Notes under the pieces: generated by a model
The model's input: only the letters and a program-made list of their open reading frames with translations
What the model was told of the DNA's origin: nothing
Database searches by the model: none
Program-made: the position numbers and the translations under genes
Origin: an uncultured Lactobacillus sp.
GTDB taxonomy: Bacteria; Bacillota; Bacilli; Lactobacillales; Lactobacillaceae
Length of the DNA: 64,000 nucleotides
Direction of reading: 5' to 3'
Assembly (NCBI RefSeq): GCF_947367125.1
Contig: NZ_CANBCQ010000003.1
Coordinates: forward strand, 8,502-72,501
In this document: positions 1 through 10,600 of the stretch, in pieces
Numbering within the stretch: the first letter of the stretch is position 1
How the letters are laid out: each line of letters opens with the position of its first letter

Positions 1-843
1 TTTTGATTCATTAATTGATAATAATACTGTCAATAAACGTGACCCTTTTATTCTTCTAGTAGTCAAGGTCATCCCATTTCCAAGATCGACTGTTAGTTTT
101 TCTCCTTTAGCTGGAATAACCTTCAAAGTATTGATCACATATCCTGCTACAGTATCAACATCTTCCATCTCAAGATTTGTACCAAACTGTTCATTAAAAT
201 CATCTAACGGCATTTTGCCATAGATAATATATTTATTAGGAGCTATTTGATTAAAAAGGATCTCAGTATGATCAACTTCATCGTCAATATCACCAACAAT
301 TTCTTCAATCAAATCTTCAATTGTGGCTAATCCTGTTACTCCACCGTATTCATCAGTCAAAATTGCTAGTTGCCGCTGCGTTTGCTGCATTTCCATCAGC
401 AAATCTCCCAGTTCAGCAGTTTCTGGTGCAAATAAGGGTTCAGTCATTACATCTTGATAATCTAGATTGTTGAAGCCTTTTTGTTTAGCCTTACGTAAAA
501 CTGTTCTAATATGAATAATTCCGACAATTTTATCCTTATCACGCTGATAAACCGGAATCCTCGAATATGGTTCACGGAGAATCTCATCAAGATTATCCTG
601 AAAACTTACTTCTCTATCAACCATAAAAGCGTCAGTTCGCGGAACCATTACTTCACGAGCAGTCTTACCTTGAAAGTCTAAAATACCTTCCAACATTGAA
701 AATTCAGTATCATCAATTTTATGACTTTCATGTAAATTAATGATTTCTTTTTCTAAATGATCTTTTGTCCCCTCTTTTTTCTCGCCAGATAATTTATTTT
801 TTAAGCGATCAAACAGAGTTCCCGCTCCAGGATCACTACTCAT
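1..843 (-). CDS. CBS-domain/CorC-HlyC (hemolysin-family) protein, 3' end runs off the window
   Basis: Manual translation from ATG at 843: MSSDPGAGTLFDRLKNKLSG...MLEGILDFQGKTAREVMVPRTDAF...PYSRIPVY...DEYGGVTGLATIEDLIEEIVG (CBS pair and CorC motifs); no stop before base 1, so absent from the ORF track. Confidence 0.85.
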   Translation of the reverse strand, partial: MSSDPGAGTLFDRLKNKLSGEKKEGTKDHLEKEIINLHESHKIDDTEFSMLEGILDFQGKTAREVMVPRTDAFMVDREVSFQDNLDEILREPYSRIPVYQRDKDKIVGIIHIRTVLRKAKQKGFNNLDYQDVMTEPLFAPETAELGDLLMEMQQTQRQLAILTDEYGGVTGLATIEDLIEEIVGDIDDEVDHTEILFNQIAPNKYIIYGKMPLDDFNEQFGTNLEMEDVDTVAGYVINTLKVIPAKGEKLTVDLGNGMTLTTRRIKGSRLLTVLLSINESK

Positions 844-944
844 TTTTATACTCTCTTTCTTAAAAAGTTATCTAAATATAGCTATTATAGCATAGAGCCT
901 GCAGCAATTATGTTAAAATAGCACATAAGACTAGGAGGTTCGCC

Positions 945-1406
945 ATGAAAAAAAGTCATGTCTTACTCGTTTTTACATTTCTTTTGCTGATTCCTTATAT
1001 TTGTAGCTTAACGATCATCGGAATCGGTTATAACGCATTAGTTCTGCACTCAGCTGAAATCTTCCGTACTCTAATCGGCTCACTGGTTGGGGCAATTATC
1101 ATGTTTGCTGTTAAGGCAACAATCCAGCGACCCGTCGATTTATTAGCTGTTCAAACCAACGACGGCTTATTAAAACAACTATTACGCTTTTTTAGTATTA
1201 GACGGCGTTACTGGTTCTTAGCTGCTAACATTATTTTAGATTTCATACTTTGTTTTGCTGCAACATATTTAGTTCGTGCAGTACTAACACTAGATCAAAT
1301 TGTTGGTAGTTCGATCGGCTTCGTTTTATTAATCATGTTCGTCTCAACCTGCCTTGGCGCTTATGTTGAATACGACAACTTATCAATCGATCCTGAACAA
1401 CACTAA
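945..1406 (+). CDS. Hypothetical integral membrane protein
   Basis: 153-aa ORF, AGGAGG RBS, four hydrophobic segments. Confidence 0.7.
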   Translation: MKKSHVLLVFTFLLLIPYICSLTIIGIGYNALVLHSAEIFRTLIGSLVGAIIMFAVKATIQRPVDLLAVQTNDGLLKQLLRFFSIRRRYWFLAANIILDFILCFAATYLVRAVLTLDQIVGSSIGFVLLIMFVSTCLGAYVEYDNLSIDPEQH

Positions 1407-1889
1407 TTATTCACTGGCTTTCAAGTACATTACTTGAGTCAGTTTTTTTGTATCCAGATCAAGATCCCAGGTAATATATGGCGTATCACTATCGCCTAAA
1501 TTTTCATGTACTTCAATCCCACTAGCAACCACCTTTTTAGTAAAATTAGGGACCGTACTAGTTAATGGTAAGTTGAAAAAGACCAAGGTTTGATTTTCCT
1601 CTGCTTCCTCAGCTACTTCAGCTGCTGGCAATTCAAACTTCATCAAGCCTGTTGGCACTTCATCCTCAGCTATATCAGCCAAAACGCCATACCAGTACAT
1701 AAAACTATCTTCACCTGACACTACTAAGACAGAACGCTTATTTTCTAAATCATGATCAGCTAAAAATTTTTGAAAAGTCTCATCGTTTTCCATTTGTTGA
1801 TTAGCCTCGATGAAACTTTTTTGCGCATTCATTAAACCTGCTGGAAATGGACGTCCGACAAATAATTTTTGTTTAATATTCTTTTTCAT
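1407..1889 (-). CDS. Conserved hypothetical acidic protein (possibly GyrI-like effector-binding fold)
   Basis: 160-aa ORF with GGAG RBS directly downstream of recX; fold assignment is a weak impression. Confidence 0.6.
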   Translation of the reverse strand: MKKNIKQKLFVGRPFPAGLMNAQKSFIEANQQMENDETFQKFLADHDLENKRSVLVVSGEDSFMYWYGVLADIAEDEVPTGLMKFELPAAEVAEEAEENQTLVFFNLPLTSTVPNFTKKVVASGIEVHENLGDSDTPYITWDLDLDTKKLTQVMYLKASE

Positions 1890-1897
1890 TTTTTCTC

Positions 1898-2719
1898 CTA
1901 ATATTCTGCCAATTCATCTAAAACAATGATTTCACCATTCAAAAAAGCATCAATCTCTCCTGACGAGAAACCATGGCTAAACAAATACTTTTTCATTTTA
2001 AACTTGCGCTCAGTTTCAGCTAAATTTCTAAACCGCTTATAGGCCTTAATCCCCTGCTTTTTTAAAGCCTCTGTTTGTGTAGCTTCATCTTCTTCGAGAT
2101 CCATTGTATCAATCATCGCGCCAATAAGATCACTGCTAAAACCGTGAGTCAGTAACTTGATCCGCATTTTACGTTCAAGTTCACGCTGGGAGATTTTTCC
2201 TACTTGATGACCCACGGATTTAATCACCCGTTGACCAACTTCAATCCAATCTTCTTCGGCGACTTCATCTAATTCAACTTGACTAATTTCAGGATTAACA
2301 CCTTTTTGAGTTAATTTGCGCAACAAGCTTTGCGGTCCATCAGAGCCAACTCGCAAATTATTTTTGATAAATAATTTAGCATATTGCTGATCATCAAGAT
2401 AACCTAACTCATTTAACTGATTAACAGCATTATTAGCCGCCTCATCAGAAATCTCATGTTTTTTCAGGTACTGCAACACTTCAAAAATAGTTCGAGGTTC
2501 ATAACTCAAAAAATGAGCCGCTAAATCACTAGCTTTAGCATCTGCATCAAACTGTTTGATTTTTTCTACTTGTTCGTCATTTAGTTCCTTGCCTTTTAGC
2601 AACACAAATTCTGCCACTGTTTTTTCACTAGCCGAAAAAGCATATTTTTCATCTATAAAAATATTATAGCGACCTAGCCGCCGTTGTGCACTTACTTTGG
2701 TTATAATCAACTGCTTCAC
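1898..2719 (-). CDS. recX: Recombination regulator RecX
   Basis: ITKVSAQRRLGRYNIFID, LSYEPRTIFEV, YLDDQQYA, YLFSHGFS: RecX of Firmicutes. Confidence 0.92.
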   Translation of the reverse strand: MKQLIITKVSAQRRLGRYNIFIDEKYAFSASEKTVAEFVLLKGKELNDEQVEKIKQFDADAKASDLAAHFLSYEPRTIFEVLQYLKKHEISDEAANNAVNQLNELGYLDDQQYAKLFIKNNLRVGSDGPQSLLRKLTQKGVNPEISQVELDEVAEEDWIEVGQRVIKSVGHQVGKISQRELERKMRIKLLTHGFSSDLIGAMIDTMDLEEDEATQTEALKKQGIKAYKRFRNLAETERKFKMKKYLFSHGFSSGEIDAFLNGEIIVLDELAEY

Positions 2720-2832
2720 CTCACATATTTTTCTACATCCATGCTAGCAAATTTTGCTAGAGCTTGCTAAGAACTTTTTTTAGGTAGTACAATAATTAAA
2801 TGTAATTTAGTTTTTAGTAGAAAGAATTAACA

Positions 2833-4221
2833 ATGAACAGAAAATCTTCTCAAAATAAACAAAAGCGTGAAAAAGACGTTATTATTACAATCAAGCGACT
2901 CGGAATTAATGGTGAAGGAATCGGCTATTATAAGAAAAAGATCATCTTCATTCCTGGCGCTTTACCAGACGAAGTAGTTGTAGCTAAAATTATTAAATCA
3001 TATCCTCACTATCTCCAAGGAGAATTAGTTAGAATCAAGGAAAAAAGCCCCGACCGTGTAGCCTTCCCTGAAGGTGTTGATCCAGAAATTGGTGGTTTGG
3101 AATTAGCACATTTATCCTATGATAAGCAGCTAGAATTCAAGAAAAATAATATGCTTGAATCTTTACGCAAATACCATCCACGTAACTACAACAAATATAA
3201 GGTTAAAAACACAAGCGCTGCTCCTAATCCATGGCATTATCGCAATAAGGCTCAATATCAGATTGAACAAGACCATGGCAAACTTAAATTAGGTCTTTTT
3301 GCACCAAATTCACACCGCTTAATTGATTTGCCAAAAATGCCAACTCAAAGTGAAGATACTCAAAAAACTGAACGTGAAATCAAAGCTCTCATTGAAAAAT
3401 TGCACGTTCCCGTTGCCAACTACCGGCGCCACTTACCTGGTGTAAAAACTGTAGTAGTTCGTCAATCAGAAGCTACTAAGGAAATTCAAGTAACATTAAT
3501 TACTATTGGTCATAAGATTAAGAACCTAATTCCGCTGACCAAAGAAATTATGAAACTTGACTATGTTGTTTCCGTTTACCAAAACGAAACCGAATGGCAA
3601 AATCCACAAGTTTGGGGTAATAAAACTGAAAAACTTTTGGGCAAGAGCCAAATTACCGAAGAAATCTTAGGCAAAAAGTTTGCCCTATCTCCTCGTGCTT
3701 TCTTCCAATTGAACCCAGTTCAAACTGTCAATTTATACTCTGAAGCATTAAAATACTTAGACTTAACCCCTGATCAAATCTTAATTGATGCCTACAGTGG
3801 TGTTGGTACTTTAGGAATTTTAGCAGCTGATCGGGTCAAGCAAGTTGTCGGCATTGAAACTATTCCTGAAGCGGTAAAAGATGCTCAACATAATGTTGAG
3901 CTCAATCACATCAAGAATGCTGACTATATCCAAGGCAGTGTTGAAAAAGTTTTGCCAGAATTACAAAATAGTGGCGTATCAATTGATGCTTTAATTGTCG
4001 ATCCACCAAGAACCGGTTTAGCTAAAAGTTTGATTAAGACCCTTCTACGTGTTAAACCTGAGACCTTTGTTTACATCTCATGTAACCCTTCAACTTTAGC
4101 ACAAGATTTAGTTTTACTTAGTGAAGCTTACGATATTCGCGTGATTCAAAATGTCGATATGTTGCCACAAACTCCACGTTGTGAAGCAATTGCTAAATTA
4201 GTTCTTAGAAAAGATCGATAA
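2833..4221 (+). CDS. rlmD: 23S rRNA (uracil-C5)-methyltransferase RlmD/RumA
   Basis: TRAM N-terminus, AFFQLN, DAYSGVG, IVDPPRTG, YISCNPSTLA, DMLPQTPRCE. Confidence 0.92.
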   Translation: MNRKSSQNKQKREKDVIITIKRLGINGEGIGYYKKKIIFIPGALPDEVVVAKIIKSYPHYLQGELVRIKEKSPDRVAFPEGVDPEIGGLELAHLSYDKQLEFKKNNMLESLRKYHPRNYNKYKVKNTSAAPNPWHYRNKAQYQIEQDHGKLKLGLFAPNSHRLIDLPKMPTQSEDTQKTEREIKALIEKLHVPVANYRRHLPGVKTVVVRQSEATKEIQVTLITIGHKIKNLIPLTKEIMKLDYVVSVYQNETEWQNPQVWGNKTEKLLGKSQITEEILGKKFALSPRAFFQLNPVQTVNLYSEALKYLDLTPDQILIDAYSGVGTLGILAADRVKQVVGIETIPEAVKDAQHNVELNHIKNADYIQGSVEKVLPELQNSGVSIDALIVDPPRTGLAKSLIKTLLRVKPETFVYISCNPSTLAQDLVLLSEAYDIRVIQNVDMLPQTPRCEAIAKLVLRKDR

Positions 4222-4224
4222 AAT

Positions 4225-4257
4225 AATAGCCTAGTCGTTTGACTAGGTTATTTTTTT
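4225..4257 (+). terminator. Intrinsic terminator of rlmD
   Basis: AATAGCCTAGTC-GTTT-GACTAGGTTATT followed by a T run. Confidence 0.8.
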
Positions 4258-4261
4258 ACAT

Positions 4262-4405
4262 AAAAAAGCGACTATCAGACAAATCCTGTCTTTTGATAGC
4301 CGCAATTTCAAGTGGATGAGGTAGCTCATCAATTGATAGTCACGATCTTTAGTTGTTTGGTATGTATAAACCAATGGCATTATCGCAACCAACATTAACA
4401 TTCAC
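4262..4405 (-). other. Structured non-coding element; probable decayed Fst/par-like type I toxin-antitoxin locus
   Basis: Minus strand: GTGAATGTTAATGTTG...CCATTGG..., small hairpin GATGAG-CTAC-CTCATC, then terminator GCGGCTATCA...TGATAGTCGC-TTTTTT; no intact toxin ORF. Confidence 0.35.
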
Positions 4406-4657
4406 TTGTTCGGGTCTTTACATAAAACGTAACTTTTAATGAATTGGAGTTTTTGCGAACAGCCAATGATGATTAATCAAATTATTTTTAATTAAAATAT
4501 TTATGGCTGACACCTCTACACATAGAGAATCTTTCAAGTTTCCAATAATAATACAATTCTGGAGATAAAAACTTACTTATATTTTATAGTTGTTAACTTT
4601 AATTTCTACCTCTTCCACACTATTCATTATATCCGCTGATGAAACCGTTTACAAGAA

Positions 4658-5578
4658 TTAACTCACATATTTGGCTAAAAAACTTTTTACTTGCTGGCGA
4701 TATTGTCCTGGATACATTGGATAAGACAATGCATGACCAGCAAGCGGAGCCAGCCAGATTTTTTTTGGTGCCGTAGTAGCCGTATAATTTTCCCAGACCA
4801 TTTTAGTCGGTACAAAATGATCCTTGCCTCCATGAATAAACAAAAATGGTCGTGTATTTTTCTTTAATTGTGCAACGGCAGAAGCATTTTTAAGATAAAA
4901 ACCATTCTTAACTTTATTAATTCCGCTAACAATATCAATTATCGGAAAACGCGGAAAAGCCTTCATATGAAAAAGATTTTGGGCCTGATATTCAATTTCT
5001 TCCTTTACAGTCGAATAGCCGCAATCTTCAATAAAGGCCTTTACTTGTGGCGGAAGAAGCAAACCACTAACCATCATCGCGGTTGCGCCGCCCATACTTT
5101 GACCCATAATGACAATTTTGCTGTCTTCTCCATTCTGCTCAATTATCTGATAAATCCAGCGTAAAATATCGTCTTTTTCTACCCAACCATAGCCGATATA
5201 CTTGCCTTCACTGCGGCCTTGCGCGCGAGCATCTGGGAGTAAAACATTATAGCCAAAATCATAAAACATTTTGGCAAAACCGGCCATACTATCACCATCA
5301 CTCATGAAGCCGTGCAAGAGAATCACGGTCTTTTTAGCCTGATGATCAAGATATTGAGCAAACAGGATCAACCCATTATTACTTTGTAAAGTTAATTTTT
5401 TCTTGGGAAAATCCTTAAACCAAACTTTATCACGGTAAAGTGGATCCTTACCAGATAATTTTTTAGAATCAAGCTTTTTGTTAAATGGCGTCATGGCCAT
5501 CTTAAAAAAGTATTCTCCTGCTGCCAGCATCCCTGCTCCAGCAATTAAAGCTGAAGACAATAAAAGTTTCTTTTTCAT
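4658..5578 (-). CDS. Alpha/beta hydrolase with N-terminal anchor
   Basis: HGFMS, GQSMGG nucleophile elbow, FIHGGKDHFVP, catalytic H in AGHA; start MKKKLLL (5578) preferred over 5617. Confidence 0.85.
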   Translation of the reverse strand: MKKKLLLSSALIAGAGMLAAGEYFFKMAMTPFNKKLDSKKLSGKDPLYRDKVWFKDFPKKKLTLQSNNGLILFAQYLDHQAKKTVILLHGFMSDGDSMAGFAKMFYDFGYNVLLPDARAQGRSEGKYIGYGWVEKDDILRWIYQIIEQNGEDSKIVIMGQSMGGATAMMVSGLLLPPQVKAFIEDCGYSTVKEEIEYQAQNLFHMKAFPRFPIIDIVSGINKVKNGFYLKNASAVAQLKKNTRPFLFIHGGKDHFVPTKMVWENYTATTAPKKIWLAPLAGHALSYPMYPGQYRQQVKSFLAKYVS

Positions 5579-5671
5579 GATTTCAACACTTTCAAATACA
5601 ACTATCTTATTTTTCATTTTATAATTAAAGTAACAAAAATTTATTCAATTTTAACTTAATTATACTGAAAA

Positions 5672-5956
5672 ATGCGTTTAACAGACTTACTTCAATTAAT
5701 TGATGACCTAAATTTAAATACTTCTTTTTACTTAAAACATGATGATCAACTACTCATGTGGAGCAAATTAACCATCACTGACGGCAAATGCCTTCTTTAT
5801 CCCGGTCAAAAAGCAATGACTAAACAAAAACTAATTAAATTAGTCGGCCGGATGCGTGGACGGGGCATCCCTTTATTAATGGTAATCGACCAACAAGAAT
5901 ACCCCATTTTTGGTTTACAAATTCATGAAGATACAAATCAAGTTATTTTGATATGA
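5672..5956 (+). CDS. Small conserved hypothetical protein
   Basis: 94-aa ORF filling the gap between divergent/convergent neighbours. Confidence 0.6.
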   Translation: MRLTDLLQLIDDLNLNTSFYLKHDDQLLMWSKLTITDGKCLLYPGQKAMTKQKLIKLVGRMRGRGIPLLMVIDQQEYPIFGLQIHEDTNQVILI

Positions 5957-5983
5957 AAAAAAGAGCATTTCAGCTCTTTTTTA

Positions 5984-7147
5984 TTATTTTTGACGATATT
6001 GGCGAATATGCTTCTTAGTCCCTGCAAAATACCAGGTTCCTGCTTCATCATCACTAGTTAATTCTCGACCATCTTCAGGATCAAGCAAAGCAGTATTGAA
6101 GACATCCTCATATTGTGTAACAGTTAATTTCTTGCGACGATCCAACATTGCCTGGTCAGCTGCAGGATCAATTTGCTTTTCATAACCAGCAACCAATTTA
6201 CCACTATAAAATTCAGCCATTGCACCTGAACCATATGAAAATAGACCAACCAAGGAATCTGCAGGTAAATCAGCATTTTCAAGTAAACTAAGTAAACTCA
6301 TATAAAGTGAAGCAGTGTAGATATTACCTACTCGACTTGATAATTGCTTAGAAGCCGCAAAACTGCGTTCTAGTTTAATCATTGTTGCTTGATCTTGCCC
6401 TTCAATCGCAAGATTATTAGCCTTTAAGCCCATCTTGGTAAATGGTAAGTGATAAGTAATTGCATCAAAGTCGCTGGTCTTTAAGCCCTTTTGCTTCTTA
6501 TAGTCAGTAAAAGTCTTCTTAAAGAAGTCTAAATAAACTTGGGTGGAGTACTTACCATCTACCAAAGCTAGACGAGAATCATTTGGTCGCCAAAAGTCAT
6601 TAATATCCTCGCTATAAGCTGCATGTCCATCATTCAAAGCTAAAATGCTTGGCTCTGCCTTAATCAGCATAGCTACACTACCAGCACCTTGCGTAACTTC
6701 ACCAGCTGTATTTACCCCGTAACGAGCAATATCACTCCCAATCACAATTGCAGTTTGGTCAGGATGTACTCGAACAAAGTCACGCGCCATCATCAAGGCT
6801 GCAGTTAATCCAAAACAAGCTTCCTTAACTTCAAAGGTTCTAACCTCTGGCTTTAACTGCAAGGCCGTTTTTACAAATAAAGAAGCTGATTTTGATTGAT
6901 CAATACTGCTCTCAGTTCCGAAAATCAATAATCCGACCTTATCTTTGTCAATCTTATCAATGAACTTTAAGGTTGCATTGATTCCCATTGAGACTGCATC
7001 TTGCGTAATATCCGCAATACTCATTTCTCTTTGGCCAATTCCAACTAAAAATTTATTAGGGTCTTGCTTACGCGCATTAGCCAAATCGACCATATCAACA
7101 TACTTATTTGGCGTAAAAAGCCCGATTTTATCGATACCTACTTGCAT
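5984..7147 (-). CDS. mvaS: Hydroxymethylglutaryl-CoA synthase
   Basis: GIDKIG, GTESSIDQSK, EVKEACFG catalytic Cys, DFWRP, HLPFTKMG, GNIYTASLY. Confidence 0.96.
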   Translation of the reverse strand: MQVGIDKIGLFTPNKYVDMVDLANARKQDPNKFLVGIGQREMSIADITQDAVSMGINATLKFIDKIDKDKVGLLIFGTESSIDQSKSASLFVKTALQLKPEVRTFEVKEACFGLTAALMMARDFVRVHPDQTAIVIGSDIARYGVNTAGEVTQGAGSVAMLIKAEPSILALNDGHAAYSEDINDFWRPNDSRLALVDGKYSTQVYLDFFKKTFTDYKKQKGLKTSDFDAITYHLPFTKMGLKANNLAIEGQDQATMIKLERSFAASKQLSSRVGNIYTASLYMSLLSLLENADLPADSLVGLFSYGSGAMAEFYSGKLVAGYEKQIDPAADQAMLDRRKKLTVTQYEDVFNTALLDPEDGRELTSDDEAGTWYFAGTKKHIRQYRQK

Positions 7148-8358
7148 TAGTTTTCCTCTCTTATTTTTTTTAACAGTTCTTTAGCATGACTTTCAGAATA
7201 ATTCTTTTCATTGATCATTGCCTTTAAAAGCTGCTTCTGTTCTTTTTCATCATTAGTCAAAGCAGCCGCAATATTTCGTGCCTGCAATTTCATATGACCA
7301 GCTTGAATACCAACTGTTGAAATCGCTAGTAAAGCCGCTAAATTATTGGCTAAAGCCACACTAACAATAATCTCTGCTAAAGTCTTACTAGTAATTTTTT
7401 GACCCAGAATTGCAAAACTCTGTTGCACATCACGGCGTGCTTTAATTGAACCACCAACAACCCCGATAGCCATTGGCAAGGTCAATTCTCCTAGTAAATA
7501 GCCGTCACTCATCGTCCATTTTGATAGGCTGCGATATTGTCCATCTTGACTAGCTAATACTGCAGTTGCCGCTTCAATTGCGCGATAGTCATTCCCAGTT
7601 GCTAATAAAGCCGCATCAGCACCATTCATGATTCCTTTATTATTAGTCACTGCACGGTAAGGATCATCAATGCCGATTTGTCCTAACAAAGCGATTCGCT
7701 GGGCAATCTGAATTCCACCAATTGTCTTTGGATCAATTTTTACTTTTGCCGTAGTTAATTGACTTGGATAATTGGACAAAATAGCAAACAATTTTTGCTC
7801 AATTCCAGCATAATTCTCTAACTTGGCAGCTAAGAATTCTAGAATTGAGTTGGTTTTATTGGCTCCCATTGCTTCAGCTGGATCAACTAAGACCTTTAAA
7901 TAAAGCAGATTTTCCTTCTGCACAGCAGTAATTTCTTTGGTACCACCACCATGACGCACTAAACTATCAAATTTTTGATTAGCTAACTTAATTAATTCAG
8001 GAAATTTTTGTTCTAACTGCTGCAATGAAAAAGAATTATTTACCTGTAAAACAATTTGACCATAAATTCCTTGCCGCTTGCTTTGAGCAATCACACCGCC
8101 ATTTTTAGCAAAAATATTGGCTCCATGATTGGCGGCCGCAACCACAGAAGGTTCTTCCACTGCCATTGGTACTAAATATTTTTGCCCATTAACTTCTAAG
8201 TTCTGAACTATCCCTAAAGGCAGACGTAATTGTCCGATAACATTTTCACTTAATTCATCTAATCTTTTTAAAACTGCGTCATCAATTTGTTCTAAGGCAA
8301 TCCCTTCATCTTGTAATAGCTTGCGCCTAGCTTCTGGTTTTAATTGATAAAATTTCAT
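7147..8358 (-). CDS. mvaA: Class II HMG-CoA reductase
   Basis: SENVIG, PMAVEEPSVVAAAN, EAMGAN, NNKGIMNG, GNDYRAIEA, GIQAGHMKLQAR. Confidence 0.95.
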   Translation of the reverse strand: MKFYQLKPEARRKLLQDEGIALEQIDDAVLKRLDELSENVIGQLRLPLGIVQNLEVNGQKYLVPMAVEEPSVVAAANHGANIFAKNGGVIAQSKRQGIYGQIVLQVNNSFSLQQLEQKFPELIKLANQKFDSLVRHGGGTKEITAVQKENLLYLKVLVDPAEAMGANKTNSILEFLAAKLENYAGIEQKLFAILSNYPSQLTTAKVKIDPKTIGGIQIAQRIALLGQIGIDDPYRAVTNNKGIMNGADAALLATGNDYRAIEAATAVLASQDGQYRSLSKWTMSDGYLLGELTLPMAIGVVGGSIKARRDVQQSFAILGQKITSKTLAEIIVSVALANNLAALLAISTVGIQAGHMKLQARNIAAALTNDEKEQKQLLKAMINEKNYSESHAKELLKKIREEN

Positions 8359-9518
8359 TCCACATTCTCGATTTCATAAGCAATTGCTTGCCCACCACCA
8401 ATACACAAGGTAACTAAGGCACGCTTGCCTGCTCTATGCTTTAGACCACTAATTGCACTAGCTACTAACCGTGTACCGGTTGCTCCCAAAGGATGGCCTA
8501 AGGCAATTGCTCCACCCATGATATTAAGTATATCATCTGGAATTTGTAAATCACGCGCTACTGCAACACTTTGAGCAGCAAAAGCTTCATTTAGTTCCAC
8601 AATATCATAATCAGCAAAAGTACGATCAGTCTTTTTTAGCAATTTTTTAACTGCATAATAAGGCGTATAACCCATTAACGCTGGATCAAAGCCAGCTTCC
8701 GCAAATGCACCTAGCTTAGCAATTGGCGTTAAATTTAATTCTGCCACTTTTTCTTTAGTAGCTAAAATCAGCATACTTGCTCCATCTGTCAAAGGAGATG
8801 ATGTTCCAGCAGTTACTTGACCATCTGCTTTAAAAACTGGCTTCAACTTGCTTAGTGCTTCTAAAGATGTATCTGGTCGAATTGGCTCATCATGATCTAA
8901 ACTTTGACCATCAAGCTCCACATCAAGAATTTCTCGATCAAAGAAGCCATCCTCAACTGCTGCAGCTGCCTTTTGATGAGAATGTAAAGCAAATGCATCC
9001 ATTTCTTGGCGGCTAACATCGTATTTCTCAGCAACATTTTCAGCAGTAATCCCCATGTGCTCACCAGAAAAAGCATCCATTAATCCATCATTAAGCATTG
9101 TACTTACCAAATGATCAGCTGGATTATCTTTATTCTCTTTACTTACAAAGTAAGGGGCATTAGTCATACTTTCACTGCCACCTACAGCAACTAGGTCATA
9201 ATCGCCCATTTCCATTTGTCCTTGAGCTAGCCGCAAAGCCTTAAGGCTAGAGCCACAAACCTCATTAACTGTAACAGCATTTGAATCTTCATTCATCCCT
9301 GAAGATAAGGCAACTTGGCGAGCCATATTTTCACCTAAGCCAGTCGCCATCACATTTCCCATAAAAAGCGCTTGAACATCACCCGGCTTAATATTTCCCG
9401 CCTTCATCGTTCCTTTTAAGGCCATTATTCCCAAATCAATTGCCGAAACATCCTTAAAAAAACCACGGTACTTGCCAAAAGGTGTTCTCTTGGCTGCAAC
9501 AATATAAATGTCCTTCAT
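8355..9518 (-). CDS. atoB: Acetyl-CoA C-acetyltransferase (thiolase)
   Basis: RTPFGK, NEVCGS, ELNEAFAAQ, GGAIALGHPLGATG, LCIGGG; start MKDIYIV at 9518 follows GGAGAG RBS. Confidence 0.93.
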   Translation of the reverse strand: MKDIYIVAAKRTPFGKYRGFFKDVSAIDLGIMALKGTMKAGNIKPGDVQALFMGNVMATGLGENMARQVALSSGMNEDSNAVTVNEVCGSSLKALRLAQGQMEMGDYDLVAVGGSESMTNAPYFVSKENKDNPADHLVSTMLNDGLMDAFSGEHMGITAENVAEKYDVSRQEMDAFALHSHQKAAAAVEDGFFDREILDVELDGQSLDHDEPIRPDTSLEALSKLKPVFKADGQVTAGTSSPLTDGASMLILATKEKVAELNLTPIAKLGAFAEAGFDPALMGYTPYYAVKKLLKKTDRTFADYDIVELNEAFAAQSVAVARDLQIPDDILNIMGGAIALGHPLGATGTRLVASAISGLKHRAGKRALVTLCIGGGQAIAYEIENVE

Positions 9519-9634
9519 ATTTTTTCTCTCCATAAATGTGTATTTTTTAACAAGTATGATCATAGCAAAAAAATATTAAGAAAAACATAAAAAGGACTAC
9601 GCTATCGCGTAGTCCTTTCCAGCATGAATAAGAA

Positions 9635-10537
9635 TTATTTATTGTTCTTCTTCTCTTCTGCTTCAAATTTTTTGCCCAATTGCATAATATAAGCACGCAA
9701 TTCTTCTTTGATTTCAGGGTGCTTTAAGCCATATTCAATTGAAGTCTCAAGATAGCCTTCCTTGTTACCAACGTCATGACGTTCACCCTTAAAGACATGA
9801 GCAAAGACACGTTGGGTCTTATTCATCGTATCAATTGCATCAGTTAATTGAATTTCACCGCCACGACCTGGCTTTTGGTTAGCCAAAATATCAAAAATCT
9901 CTGGTGTTAACAAGTAACGACCGATAATTGCATAATCACTAGGTGCCTTATCAATATCCGGCTTTTCCACAAATGATTTAACATTGATTAAACCAGGCAT
10001 AATTTCATTTTCTGGTTCAATAACACCATATTTTGAAACTTCTTCATGTGGCACCGGCATAACTGCAATCGTTGAAGCATGCGTCTTGTTATAGCGATCG
10101 ATTAATTGCTTAGTCAATGGAACTTTGTCATCCATCAAGTCATCGCCCAACATTACTACAAATGGTTCATCACCAACGAAACTGCGAGCACGGAAAATTG
10201 CATCCCCTAAACCAGCTGGGTGGGGCTGACGAGTGTAATACAAATTAACTCCCAAATCAGTAATTCCTTCAGTTAAGCGAAGCAGTTCTTTTTTGCCCTT
10301 TTCTTCCAAATCTTGTTCAAGTTCTGGATTAGAATCAAAGTGATCTTCAATTGGTCGTTTATTCTTGCCAATTACGATCAAAATATCTTCAATTCCTGAC
10401 TTCTTTGCTTCTTCAACGATAAACTGGATAGTTGGTTTATCTACAATTGGTAACATTTCCTTAGGTAAAGCCTTAGTTGCAGGTAAGAAACGAGTACCCA
10501 ATCCGGCTGCGGGAATAACAGCTTTTCTTACTTTCAT
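9635..10537 (-). CDS. galU: UTP-glucose-1-phosphate uridylyltransferase
   Basis: [31 protein letters not shown]. Confidence 0.97.
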   Translation of the reverse strand: MKVRKAVIPAAGLGTRFLPATKALPKEMLPIVDKPTIQFIVEEAKKSGIEDILIVIGKNKRPIEDHFDSNPELEQDLEEKGKKELLRLTEGITDLGVNLYYTRQPHPAGLGDAIFRARSFVGDEPFVVMLGDDLMDDKVPLTKQLIDRYNKTHASTIAVMPVPHEEVSKYGVIEPENEIMPGLINVKSFVEKPDIDKAPSDYAIIGRYLLTPEIFDILANQKPGRGGEIQLTDAIDTMNKTQRVFAHVFKGERHDVGNKEGYLETSIEYGLKHPEIKEELRAYIMQLGKKFEAEEKKNNK

Positions 10538-10600
10538 ACAAACACACTTTCTTTTACTATTTACGAATAATTATAGCTAATTTTAATTCATTTAACTACT

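Noticed and set aside
4180-4260. rlmD 3' end as an ICE integration hotspot
   Set aside because: No recombinase, att duplication or cargo follows; only a terminator and a short structured element
4243-4401. 52-codon minus-strand ORF MLMLVAIMPLVYTYQ...
   Set aside because: No RBS, and it reads through two hairpins and a terminator; treated as a decayed toxin start rather than a real CDS
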